Below the pieces are notes generated by a model. It had not been told where the DNA came from. It was given only the letters and a program-made list of their open reading frames with translations, and ran no database searches. Position numbers and translations under genes: made by a program. Shown here piece by piece: positions 27,676 to 37,557 of a DNA stretch of 43,280 bases. Each line of letters starts with the position of its first letter. Position 1 is the first letter of the stretch. The DNA is from Candidatus Micrarchaeota archaeon (lineage in GTDB: Archaea; Micrarchaeota; Micrarchaeia; Anstonellales; Bilamarchaeaceae), in the NCBI GenBank assembly GCA_043816005.1, contig JBDRIM010000060.1:1-43280 (forward strand). The letters are read 5' to 3'.

Positions 27676-30600
27676 ATGGAGATAGATCTGTCATCGCAAA
27701 TAGCAGTATTCACCGAATTCTTCACAACTATTTATAGATCACAGATAGATGATTTACTGGCAGTATATCCAACAAAAAAAAGCCTCTACATCAACTACAC
27801 AGACCTTGAAAAATTTGATCCAGATATGGCAGATGTTTTGATCAAAACACCAGACCTTATCTTGGAAGCAGCAGAAGAAGCAATCAAGCAACTCAATCTA
27901 CCTGTTTCTGCAGGTACAACTTTTGCACCACACGTAAGAATAAGCGAAATGCCATCAGAAAATGCATGGATAGAACAAATAGGATCAAAAGACATAAATG
28001 AACTTGTTGCATTTAAATGTGTAGTAACAAAGCGTGCAGAAGTAATGCACCGTGTGAAAGTTGCTATGTACAAATGCACTTTATGCGATGCTGAAATGAA
28101 GTTGTTTGTCGGAAAGAACTTTGTTCCGCCAAAAAGATGTGAAAGTTGTAAGAAATTTGCCCTTCAACAGATTGAAGATGAAAGCACATTCACAGATATT
28201 CAAAGAGCAGAAGTGCAAGAACTTCTTGAACGGATAAGAGGTGGTGCCCCAGCAGCACATATAGAACTGCTTCTTGAAGACGATTTAGTGAATAATATAG
28301 CACCTGGAGATAATATAGATGTTATCGGCATACTTAGACTAAAACCACCAATAAAAACAAGACAAAAACAGGAACTTATCTATAGCAGATATATTGAAGT
28401 CAACAGTGCAAAGAGTTTGAAAAAGGATTTTGAAGAAATTGAGATAACAAAAGAAGATGAACGCAGGTTGAAGGAACTTGCTAAAAATCCGAATATAAAT
28501 GAGATACTTGCAAAGTCTATCGCTCCATCCATTTATGGTCATACCGAAGTCAAAAAAGCACTTGCTCTGCAACTTTTTGGCGGTACGCGTGGAAAAACAA
28601 TGAAAGGTGGGATGACGATACGTGATGATATTCACATTTTATTAATCGGTGATCCTGGTATCGCAAAAAGCCGGTTCCTGCAAAGTGTTTCGGAAATAGC
28701 ACCAAAGAGTATTTATGTAAGCGGTAAAAGTGTGAGTGGGGCTGGTCTTACTGTCTCAGCAGAAAAAGATGAACTTGGTGAAGGTGGCTGGACACTAAAG
28801 GCAGGAGCACTTGTTCTTGCAAGTGGTGGTTCTGCTCAGATAGATGAATTCGATAAAATTGAAGAGGACGATAGAGCAGCATTACACGAAGCAATGGAAA
28901 CTCAGAGTTATCATTATAGAACGAAATTGATGTTCGCAGATGGTAAGGAAATGGAAATAGGCAAATTTGTAGAAGATTTGATGGCCAAACAAGAAAAACA
29001 TCTGATAATTGGTAAAGATTGCATCATTCTGAGAGAGGGGATAGCTGGCACAAAAATACTTAGTACTGATTTTGAGAAAATATACAGTACTTCTCCTTAC
29101 CAGATTAGTAAACATAAAGCACCAGATTATTTTGTAAAGGTTGTGCTTCAAACAGGACGAGAAATACTAGTCACACCAGAACATCCGTTCTGGATTGTTG
29201 AGGATGGGATTGTAAAAACAAAACCAGCAGTTGAACTCACAACAAATGATTATACCTTAATGCCTCGAAAACTACCGATTATTGAATCGCAAGACAATGA
29301 GAAGATAGAAAAATTCAAATTAATCGGATATCACATAACAGACGGCGGTTATGAACTAAATAGAAGTATGAAAAATGGAATAAATTTCCATAATAAAGAC
29401 AATGATTTGATCGAAGATTACCAAGAAGCAGTAAGAAGTACATTTGGCACTCATATGGATGTCAGAACCAGAATGGAAACGGGAGTTACTGCAGTGAGAA
29501 TAACGTCAATGCCAGCAGTAAGAGCAATGGAGGATATCGACCCCAACTTGATGCTGAAGGGAAATAAAAAGATCATACCACCGCAATATATGTCAGCTCC
29601 AAAAGAAGCAATTTCTATCATGCTTAGAGCAATATTTGATTCGGACGGAACATTCACTCATAATTATGTTGGTTTGGTGGGAGAAAACAGGACATTCATA
29701 GAACAGGTGCAGACTCTTTTGCTTAGGTTTGGGATACGAAGTCATGTTTTTGCTGATGGAAATGTTTTCAGATTGACCATAACTGGCAGAGAAAACCTTC
29801 AAGATTATTTGGTAAATGTAGGGTTTTTATCTCAAAAGAAAAAACAACGCCTTCTTGAATACCTAAAAAAGGAAGGGGTACACAGAAACACAATTGATGT
29901 TATTCCTAATTGCTCTGTAGCTCTACTGGAAATGCTCGAAACTTTCAAGATACACGAAAATTGTCTTGGATATGAATTGCATTCCCAAAAAATAGGATAT
30001 GCATTCACAAGAAAGAATTTCACAAAATTATGTGGATTTATACGCAAAAAAATAGAACAAATAGGAATTGAAAAAACAAAGATAGGCAATTATACTTACA
30101 AACAGACAATCAATGCAAGGACACTACTTGGATTCTCCCAACAGGATTTGGCAGATGTAATAGGCATAAGTAGAGCGTTGGTTACCTACTGGGAGAAAAA
30201 ATTAGTGTCTGAAGAGAGATATAAAAAAGGCTTCAAAGATTTGATGGATAAAAAGTTGAAGCGCGAAAAAGAATTCACATATTTGGAGAGGTTTGCAACT
30301 GGTGATGTTGGATTTGTTGCAGTAAAAGAAGTAGACAAAATTGAAAATATTGATCAGAAATGGGTATATGATGTCACAATTCAACCAACTCAGGCATTCA
30401 TTTCCGAATGTGCAATATTACATAACACGATATCAGTCGCAAAGGCAGGAATTGTGGCAAAGTTCAGAACTAAAACGTCTATACTTGCAGCAGCAAATCC
30501 AAAGCATGGTAGATTCGACCAGACCAAAAACCTATCGGATCAATTTGATGTACCTCCAACTTTACTTTCAAGATTTGACCTTATATTTCCGATTGTAGAT

Positions 30601-31233
30601 GTGCTTGATGAAGAAAAAGATACAAAATTAGCAGAACATATACTCGCAACGCACATGGGAAATGCCGCAGATGAGCCGGATGCTTTTGAAAAGGACGTAC
30701 TTAGAAAATATATTGCTTATGCAAGAAGAAACGTATTACCTAAACTAACAACAGCAGCAGCCCAAAAAATAAAAGAATTTTATGTTGATTTGAGACGTAA
30801 AGGCAAGGATACTGGATCGGTAGCTATTACTCCAAGATATTTAGAAGGACTCGTTAGACTTGCTGAAGCAAATGCTAAAATGAGATTAAATGATACTGTT
30901 GATGAGGAAGATGCCGAAATTGCGACTTCTTTGTTCAATTATGTTATGATGCAGATCATGACTGATAAAGTTACTGGTAGTTTTGATGTTGACGTAGTTG
31001 CAACAGGAAAACCAAAATCAGAAAGAGATAAGCTTCAAAAAGTTGATACAATGCTTGATATCATAAAGGATCATTTACGCAAGCATGATACTGCCGAAAT
31101 AGAACAGGTAATATCAGATGCAAAATCATATGATATAGATGAACCAACAGCAAGAAAAATAGTAGCTGAATTGTTAAGAAAGGGAGTTGTTTACGAGAAA
31201 GAGTATGGGCATATAAAGATTGTGGGCGAGTAA
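27676..31233 (+). CDS. mcm: MCM replicative helicase with one intein
   Basis: C4 zinc finger, GDPGIAKS, IDEFDK, LAAANP, SRFD, TPRYLE. Confidence 0.97.
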   Translation: MEIDLSSQIAVFTEFFTTIYRSQIDDLLAVYPTKKSLYINYTDLEKFDPDMADVLIKTPDLILEAAEEAIKQLNLPVSAGTTFAPHVRISEMPSENAWIEQIGSKDINELVAFKCVVTKRAEVMHRVKVAMYKCTLCDAEMKLFVGKNFVPPKRCESCKKFALQQIEDESTFTDIQRAEVQELLERIRGGAPAAHIELLLEDDLVNNIAPGDNIDVIGILRLKPPIKTRQKQELIYSRYIEVNSAKSLKKDFEEIEITKEDERRLKELAKNPNINEILAKSIAPSIYGHTEVKKALALQLFGGTRGKTMKGGMTIRDDIHILLIGDPGIAKSRFLQSVSEIAPKSIYVSGKSVSGAGLTVSAEKDELGEGGWTLKAGALVLASGGSAQIDEFDKIEEDDRAALHEAMETQSYHYRTKLMFADGKEMEIGKFVEDLMAKQEKHLIIGKDCIILREGIAGTKILSTDFEKIYSTSPYQISKHKAPDYFVKVVLQTGREILVTPEHPFWIVEDGIVKTKPAVELTTNDYTLMPRKLPIIESQDNEKIEKFKLIGYHITDGGYELNRSMKNGINFHNKDNDLIEDYQEAVRSTFGTHMDVRTRMETGVTAVRITSMPAVRAMEDIDPNLMLKGNKKIIPPQYMSAPKEAISIMLRAIFDSDGTFTHNYVGLVGENRTFIEQVQTLLLRFGIRSHVFADGNVFRLTITGRENLQDYLVNVGFLSQKKKQRLLEYLKKEGVHRNTIDVIPNCSVALLEMLETFKIHENCLGYELHSQKIGYAFTRKNFTKLCGFIRKKIEQIGIEKTKIGNYTYKQTINARTLLGFSQQDLADVIGISRALVTYWEKKLVSEERYKKGFKDLMDKKLKREKEFTYLERFATGDVGFVAVKEVDKIENIDQKWVYDVTIQPTQAFISECAILHNTISVAKAGIVAKFRTKTSILAAANPKHGRFDQTKNLSDQFDVPPTLLSRFDLIFPIVDVLDEEKDTKLAEHILATHMGNAADEPDAFEKDVLRKYIAYARRNVLPKLTTAAAQKIKEFYVDLRRKGKDTGSVAITPRYLEGLVRLAEANAKMRLNDTVDEEDAEIATSLFNYVMMQIMTDKVTGSFDVDVVATGKPKSERDKLQKVDTMLDIIKDHLRKHDTAEIEQVISDAKSYDIDEPTARKIVAELLRKGVVYEKEYGHIKIVGE
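28906..30426 (+). mobile_element. Intein (507 aa) with a LAGLIDADG homing endonuclease and an XRE-type HTH
   Basis: Junctions EAMETQ|SYHY...ILHN|TISVAKAG. Block B VTPEHPF, motifs LIGYHITDG and LRAIFDSDG, block F WVYDVT. Confidence 0.93.
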
Positions 31234-31389
31234 TTTTTTGTTTATTTAATTTGTTTGAATCGGAACCCCATCCACAAACTTACCTCGAGTTCAATAAACC
31301 AAAAAAGTCCCGAGTGACAGGAACAATTTTGGTTCTTGTTTGTTCGAACGCAGATGACCGGCCATAGTCTTTTTTAATCTCCAGTGTGA

Positions 31390-32238
31390 ATGAAAAATAT
31401 GCGATTATTAGTTTCCATGCTCGGTCTTTTCATAATAGCTCAATTATTAGGTATGTTCACTGGAGCAGTTGTAATCAATGACATAGAAAAAAATCCATAT
31501 GCCAGCAGTATGGTAATGACAAATAATGCTGAAGATCCGATGAATGCAGTATTTTTTATTTTATATATTTTGCTTGGGGCAGTTGTCATGGTTCTCTTGA
31601 TAAGAAAATTTGCCATGTTCCCAATCATATTTAGAATTATGGAATTTATGATGATTGCAAGCGCTGGCTCAATTGCGATTTATGCAATTCTACGTCTTGT
31701 TTTGGATTATGAGATTAGTACCATTTTAGCGATCATACTTGCACTTGTATTCTCAGCATTGAGATTGAAATTCCCTGAATTGAAAAATGCCGCAGCAATA
31801 ATGGCAACTGCAGGCGTTGGAACAGTATTTGGAATATCTTTAGGCCTCATGCCACTTATTTTGTTCCTTGTTCTTTTATCTATTTATGATTTTCTTGCTG
31901 TTTTCAAAACAAAACATATGGTTGAGATGGCAAATTTTGTTGTGCAGAAAAATATGGCGTTTACAGTGACAGCAACTGCACCACCAACAAAAATGGGACA
32001 AAAAGAACAAAGAATAGATCTTGGAACGGGAGATATGGTTGCACCAATAATGCTTGAGGTTGCAACAATGGCATTTAAGCCAGCTGCAACCCCATTTGTC
32101 TTTGCTGGCGCTGTAATATCATTTGGACTTTTCATTGGTTTAGTTTACAAAAAGAAGATGGTTCTGCCTGCACTTCCACCAATAGTGGCAGGGATGATAG
32201 TGGCTTTGTTGATTGGATTTATTTTTGGATTTTATTGA
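31390..32238 (+). CDS. Presenilin/SPP-family intramembrane aspartyl protease
   Basis: IYD, LGTGD and LPALP motifs, multiple TM helices. Confidence 0.92.
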   Translation: MKNMRLLVSMLGLFIIAQLLGMFTGAVVINDIEKNPYASSMVMTNNAEDPMNAVFFILYILLGAVVMVLLIRKFAMFPIIFRIMEFMMIASAGSIAIYAILRLVLDYEISTILAIILALVFSALRLKFPELKNAAAIMATAGVGTVFGISLGLMPLILFLVLLSIYDFLAVFKTKHMVEMANFVVQKNMAFTVTATAPPTKMGQKEQRIDLGTGDMVAPIMLEVATMAFKPAATPFVFAGAVISFGLFIGLVYKKKMVLPALPPIVAGMIVALLIGFIFGFY

Positions 32239-33248
32239 CTCTAATATCTAAAACAACCTGCACAATATTCGGCGCATAAGGACGTACAATTCGCATGTTA
32301 TCAAATTCTATTTCAACTTTACATCCATGCGCAATTTTCTTGGTTTGATTAATTGGTTCTGCAAATGGATCCTTGGAATCAGACCATGTATAGAAATGCA
32401 CAATGCCACCATTTTTTACCATAGCAAAAGCAACATCAAGAAATTCGTGGCCAGATTTAGGCAATGGCATAATAATTCGATCGAATTTTTCCTTGTTTTT
32501 TGGATTTTTGCCAAATTCGCGGGGCATCTCCTTCAGTTGCTTCAATATTTTTCATTTTGTTTAATTTGATATTTTCTTTCATGGAAACAACTGCTTCTGG
32601 GTTTAGTTCGACTGTAATGATTTTTGTATCTGGATGTTTTTTAGCAATTACAAGTGCGAATGGACCAACGCCTGCAAACAACACCAAAACCAGCTCGCCT
32701 GGTTTAACAAGCTCGGCAATTCTTGAACGCTCAAATGCAAGGCGAACTGAAAAGTAAACTTTGGAAACATCGAATTTCATCAAAACTCCACTTTCTTTGT
32801 ATATTGCAATTTTTGTGTTCTCACCAGATATATGTTCAACTTGCCTTACCCTAAACTCTCCTTCCATAGGACCGGTTTTTTTCAAGACAGTTTTAACATG
32901 ATGATTAGCAGAAATCACCGCATCACCGATTTGTTTTTCTTTTTGCTCAAGTGATTCGGGAATTTCAATAATTGCAATATTACCAAGAATATCAAATGAA
33001 GAAACCAAAGATTCTCGTTCTTCTGTGGTTAAAACACCTGCTAAGGCATCCTTGAGTTTTCCTTGATTTTCCACTCTTTTTTCACCTTTCATTTCAACCA
33101 TTTCGTAACTTTTGAAGTTATCTAGGACAGGGAATAAAATGGAATTGTCTTCATGAATAATTTCGTAGTCATTGGAAAAAAGTCCTGCGGCTACGAGTTC
33201 CTTGCGAACATGCTCTGCTTGTTTTTTAGAAACTTTAAGAAATTTCAT
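32219..33248 (-). CDS. trm5: Trm5/Met-10 family tRNA methyltransferase, split by a one-base frameshift at 32521-32524
   Basis: SFDILGNIA, GEFR, VYFS, LFAGVGPF and ELNP in one frame, then FDRIIMPLP...GIVHFY...RPYAP in the next frame. Confidence 0.85.
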
Positions 33249-33252
33249 AATA

Positions 33253-34029
33253 TCACTTTTTCAAAATAACAAAATAAACCAAAACAGCATAGAACAAAGA
33301 TAGAAGATAAGAAATAATGAATGATATGACTATGTCGAAATGAGATGAAACGGTGGATAGTGATATAGCAAAAATCACCGTGCCGATTGTCCCAAATGGT
33401 ATGTTTTTGGCAACTGATGATGCAAAGGCAAAACCATGTTTTTTAGAAAGTAGATATAGTGATGACGAAAATGCTGCTGGAAATGTCCCTAAAACTCCCC
33501 CCCAAACTGCACCAACATAATTTGCAGCAAGTACGGATGATGATATAACTCCGCCAGCAAATACTGAGCGATATGTAAATTCAGTACGCGAACTGTGGAT
33601 TTTCCCAAGTTTAGTGTGTGGATACTTTCCTAAAAGTAACATGGATATGCCGAATGTGAAGATAAAAACCAACACTGAAAAAAAGAGGTTTGGATTTAAT
33701 AAAACAATAATTAGCGCTAGAATTGCCCAAACTAGAACTGCACTTACAAATGCAATGTTAATGCCGCGATTGTAGAGCGAGATAAATGTAATAACAAAAA
33801 ACAAATTGATAGCCATCACTGCCGGAATAATGGCAGATGCTAAAAGTAGTGTTTCGGTTCCTTGTGTCCAGTAAATAAATATCAGACTGACTAATGTTGT
33901 TGATGGAAGACCCAATAGGATGCCTCCGATTTTAGAACCTAACTTTTCCGAAAGAAAAATGGTGAATGCAACATAAAGACCACCAACGAAAAATGAAAGG
34001 ACAAGTTTTAGCCAAAATATATCCATCAA
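33253..34029 (-). CDS. Multi-pass membrane protein with a two-fold internal repeat (DUF3147-like)
   Basis: GSKIGGILLGLP and GAVWGGVLGTFP halves. Confidence 0.75.
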   Translation of the reverse strand: MMDIFWLKLVLSFFVGGLYVAFTIFLSEKLGSKIGGILLGLPSTTLVSLIFIYWTQGTETLLLASAIIPAVMAINLFFVITFISLYNRGINIAFVSAVLVWAILALIIVLLNPNLFFSVLVFIFTFGISMLLLGKYPHTKLGKIHSSRTEFTYRSVFAGGVISSSVLAANYVGAVWGGVLGTFPAAFSSSLYLLSKKHGFAFASSVAKNIPFGTIGTVIFAISLSTVSSHFDIVISFIISYLLSLFYAVLVYFVILKK

Positions 34030-34040
34030 TTAACCTCAGA

Positions 34041-36827
34041 TTATTCTAATACAATGGCAGGTTTTCCAGGCATTGCATTTTTTGCTCGTTCATGCTGTGA
34101 ATCATCTTCAAGCTGGACAGAAAATTTACAATTAAACTCACTCTCGAAAAATTCAACTGCGCTTTGAAGTGCATCGAGCTCATCATTTGTAGTGGAAACT
34201 GGACCAAGTGAATGGACTGTCTTCGCAAGTGCTTTTGCCATCTTTTGAACAACATCCATCTTTGTCTTCATTTCAGCATCACTAGAAGCTGATTTCATTA
34301 TTTTGTCAAATGTTTTTTCATTCGCTATTGTGGAATATATCTTGCGTTTAAGATCATTAGCAACGAAAATTGAAACCTTAGATGGTTTAATCTTCAGTAA
34401 ACTCTTAAGATTTTCAATATCATCACGCACTTTTGCAACCAAGTCCTCTCCTTTTTCTATTTTATCACTAATTGCATCATTATCTGATTTTGGAAACGCA
34501 GCATTAACAACAAAACCTTTTTGTCCAAGCATCTCCCAGTATTCTTCTGCATAATGTGGCATAAATGGTGCAATCAATGGCACCCATTTAACAAAGAAAT
34601 CATGAAGATTTGGTTCTTTTGATCTTTTCATGTACCATTGAAGATCGCTTATAACATCATAGAATATATCAAGAGCAAGTTCACGGATGTGAAATTCAGA
34701 ATACATTTTCTCTGATTGAACTATCTTGCGATTAATACGGGAAAGAAGCCATTTTTCAGCTCTTCCATGGCTCTTGGATTTATTTTTTATTGATGCTTCG
34801 AGAAGTTTGTTGATTGTTACCATTCTAGAACGGATACCTTCTGCAACACTTTTGTTAAAGTCAGTATCGCTTGAAAGATCAGCACCACAAACAACTGAAA
34901 AGCGTATGACATCAGCACCATATTCTGCAATGGCTTTTCTAAGAGGTAAAATATTCCCCATGCTTTTACTCATTTTACTTCCATCCATAAGTACAAATCC
35001 GTTGGTAACAATTTGTTTTGGCCAGTATTTTTTCTCGAATATAGCAACGTGATTGAAAATAAAAAATGGAAGATGATTCCTGACAAGATCAGCACCCGAG
35101 TGTCGTGAATCTAGTGGATACCAATATTCAAAACTTTCTTTCAGTCTTTCTACAACCTCATTCTTTGCTTTTCCTTTACCAAGGAAAACATAATTGAAAA
35201 ACGCCTCGTTGAGTTCGCTCTCGTCAATTTCTTTCAGAAGATGAGCAATAGTATAAAATGCCATGTAGATAGTTGAATCAGAGAGTGCTTCGATCATTTG
35301 AGTTTTATCGAATGGAAATCTAGTACCAAGACCACTTGCACGAGCACATGCTTTTTGCTTGAACCAATCTATCGCATAAAGATATTCGGAACGTGTTTTT
35401 TCTGGAATTATAGACATTTGTTCAAGGCATTCCTTTGCTTTTTTCTTCCATTCTGGTTTTGCATAATCAATAAACCACTGGTTTTTGAGAATGCTAACAA
35501 CAACTTCTGCACCGCATCTGCAAAAGACAGGTTTGTTTGTTATTTCCCAAAAGACTAGTGCTTGGTTTTTTGCAAACATATCTTGTTTGGTTTTATCAAT
35601 TGCAACGGAAACTTTTTCACCAGAATATGGACCTACCAGCATTACTCCGCTTAGGATTTCTTTTTTGTAGACCTCAGAGGTAATTTCCTCTAATTTTGGA
35701 TCATTTTGATCTTTGACACCCATCTTTTCAATGAGTTCTTTTGCCATGAATTTATATCCTTCAACTTGAATTATTTGTTTGTAATCAAGATGAATTCCCA
35801 TATCAACAAGTGCAATATGATCATATGGTGCATGTGATGGGACACTCATTACAATTCCTGTTCCAGTATCATCTTCAACATATGGCGCTGGATAAAGAGG
35901 AATTTCTTCGCCAGTAACGATGTTTTTAGCCTTATTGGAAAGAAGTTTTTCACCTTTGATTTCCTCTAAAATTTCAAGCTCGAATCCTTGGAAATTCATT
36001 TTTACACATGCTTTCTTAGAGAGATAATAAATTTCCCCAGTTTTCTTACTCGTGACTTTCACATGAAGATTGTTTGGATTTACCCAGATATTAGTGACGG
36101 CATAGATTGTTTCCGGTCTTAGTGTTGCAGTTAGAATAAAACCATCAGCATATGCAAATTTCACTGCAGTAAAATCCTTAAGTTCCGGATCCGCATCACC
36201 TTTAGTATCATGACCCCCAACTGCCTGATTATCTTTAGGACACCATGCAATTGGATGTTCACCTTGAATAATAAGACCATGATCGTGAAGTTTCTTGAAC
36301 TGCCATTCAATAAATTTATTAAAAAATTTATCAAAAGAGTAGAATTTTCTTCTCCAGTCAATTGAGTACCCCATCTCCTTCATACCAAGTTCAATTTCCT
36401 TGGAAAAATATGTGACAAGATCCTCAGGTTTTGTTAATGTTGCTGCTGTTTTCCGATCTATCCCATATATTTTTTCGAAAACACTCAGGACATCCTCATC
36501 CTTGTCAGCAATTCTCTTAGCCATTGCGATGATAGGAGTTCCAGTTACATGGAATGCCATTGGGAAAAGCACATTGTATCCTTTGAGTCGAAGGTAACGA
36601 GCATAGATATCAGTAGTCGTGTAAGTTCTTCCATGACCGATATGTTGAGGTGAATTGGGATATGGAAATGCAGCTGTAATATATTTTTTTTCTTTTTTTT
36701 CAGTAGGTTCAACTTCGAAAACCTTTTCTTCAGCCCATCTTTTGGACCATTTCTTTTCAATGACAAGGAAGCCAGAGCTTCCTTGACTGACGCGAACGTC
36801 GGTTCGCTCCATAGCAGTAGTATCCAT
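34041..36827 (-). CDS. leuS: Leucine--tRNA ligase (archaeal type) with a 17-aa N-terminal insertion
   Basis: FPYPNSPQHIGH, ATLRPET, GTGIVMSVPSHAPYD, KMSKS. Start set at MDTTA (36827). Confidence 0.95.
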   Translation of the reverse strand: MDTTAMERTDVRVSQGSSGFLVIEKKWSKRWAEEKVFEVEPTEKKEKKYITAAFPYPNSPQHIGHGRTYTTTDIYARYLRLKGYNVLFPMAFHVTGTPIIAMAKRIADKDEDVLSVFEKIYGIDRKTAATLTKPEDLVTYFSKEIELGMKEMGYSIDWRRKFYSFDKFFNKFIEWQFKKLHDHGLIIQGEHPIAWCPKDNQAVGGHDTKGDADPELKDFTAVKFAYADGFILTATLRPETIYAVTNIWVNPNNLHVKVTSKKTGEIYYLSKKACVKMNFQGFELEILEEIKGEKLLSNKAKNIVTGEEIPLYPAPYVEDDTGTGIVMSVPSHAPYDHIALVDMGIHLDYKQIIQVEGYKFMAKELIEKMGVKDQNDPKLEEITSEVYKKEILSGVMLVGPYSGEKVSVAIDKTKQDMFAKNQALVFWEITNKPVFCRCGAEVVVSILKNQWFIDYAKPEWKKKAKECLEQMSIIPEKTRSEYLYAIDWFKQKACARASGLGTRFPFDKTQMIEALSDSTIYMAFYTIAHLLKEIDESELNEAFFNYVFLGKGKAKNEVVERLKESFEYWYPLDSRHSGADLVRNHLPFFIFNHVAIFEKKYWPKQIVTNGFVLMDGSKMSKSMGNILPLRKAIAEYGADVIRFSVVCGADLSSDTDFNKSVAEGIRSRMVTINKLLEASIKNKSKSHGRAEKWLLSRINRKIVQSEKMYSEFHIRELALDIFYDVISDLQWYMKRSKEPNLHDFFVKWVPLIAPFMPHYAEEYWEMLGQKGFVVNAAFPKSDNDAISDKIEKGEDLVAKVRDDIENLKSLLKIKPSKVSIFVANDLKRKIYSTIANEKTFDKIMKSASSDAEMKTKMDVVQKMAKALAKTVHSLGPVSTTNDELDALQSAVEFFESEFNCKFSVQLEDDSQHERAKNAMPGKPAIVLE
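36756..36807. repeat. Paired-hairpin element inserted in frame in leuS
   Basis: CAAGGAAGC-caga-GCTTCCTTG (36764-36785) and GCGAAC-gtcg-GTTCGC (36792-36807). Confidence 0.75.
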
Positions 36828-36993
36828 AGCTTCAATTAGACTGAGAAATGTTTTTAACCGTCTGTTTCTAACCAATTAAATGAGATTATAATGGTAATAA
36901 ATGGAAAAAAGAGACTATTTAAACCCTTTTATACAGAGTAGGAGATAGAACGCGCGGTGTTGTTTTTAAAGACTTTCGCGTAAATAGTAAAAC

Positions 36994-37428
36994 ATGGGAT
37001 CGGACTTGAAAGTGGGAGATATTATGACTAAGAGAGTCATAGTGGTACCATTTGGCAGAACCGCTCTTGACGTGGCAAAACATATGAAAAAGAATAACGT
37101 GGGTTCCGTCATAGTCGTTGAAGACAATGAAGGAAAACATGCGAAAGGCATAATCACAGAGAGAGACATTGTCTACAAAATATTAGCAAAGGGGGTCGAC
37201 CCTTATAAAAGCAAAGTTGAAGATATCATGTCAAAGCCGCTTAGAGTAGTTAAACCAGATACTACCATAGAAGATGCAGCAAAAGCAATGAGGGAAAATA
37301 AGATAAAGAGACTCCCAGTCGTTAATGATGATAATGAACTCATAGGTATATTGAGCGAGGGGGATATTATGAAGATATTCCCAGTCGTAGTAGATTTAAT
37401 AGAAGAGCGTGCTGCACTTCTTTCATGA
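36994..37428 (+). CDS. CBS domain pair protein
   Basis: VGDIMT, GIITERDI, VEDIMS, IKRLPVV, GILSEGDI. Confidence 0.93.
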   Translation: MGSDLKVGDIMTKRVIVVPFGRTALDVAKHMKKNNVGSVIVVEDNEGKHAKGIITERDIVYKILAKGVDPYKSKVEDIMSKPLRVVKPDTTIEDAAKAMRENKIKRLPVVNDDNELIGILSEGDIMKIFPVVVDLIEERAALLS

Positions 37429-37430
37429 TC

Positions 37431-37525
37431 ACTGTGCATGGATGGCCACCTGAGCCATAGAGCTATGATGGAATGTTGTTCTCGAAAGAGATGAACAGCC
37501 TATAAGGCGGTCAACAATGCACAGT
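37431..37525 (+). ncRNA. Candidate structured RNA (closed multi-stem fold), unassigned
   Basis: ACTGTGCAT/ATGCACAGT closing stem, TGGCCACCT/AGGCGGTCA stem, CTC-GAAA-GAG GNRA hairpin extended by GTTGTT/AACAGC. Confidence 0.45.
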
Positions 37526-37557
37526 TACTCTCATTCTGGCTGATCCCGGAGGATAAT

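Noticed and set aside
31261..31367. 5S rRNA (CGGCCATAG and CCCATCC words)
   Set aside because: The motifs are in the wrong order and the 5S helices cannot be formed.
36792..36807. LexA/DinR-type CGAAC-N4-GTTCG operator
   Set aside because: Related GAAC/GTTC pairs have variable spacing and covarying flanks, which suits hairpins rather than a fixed dsDNA site, and the host is archaeal.
36828..36875. First 16 codons of the called LeuRS ORF
   Set aside because: The start codon is non-ATG, and MDTTA fits the usual N-terminus better.
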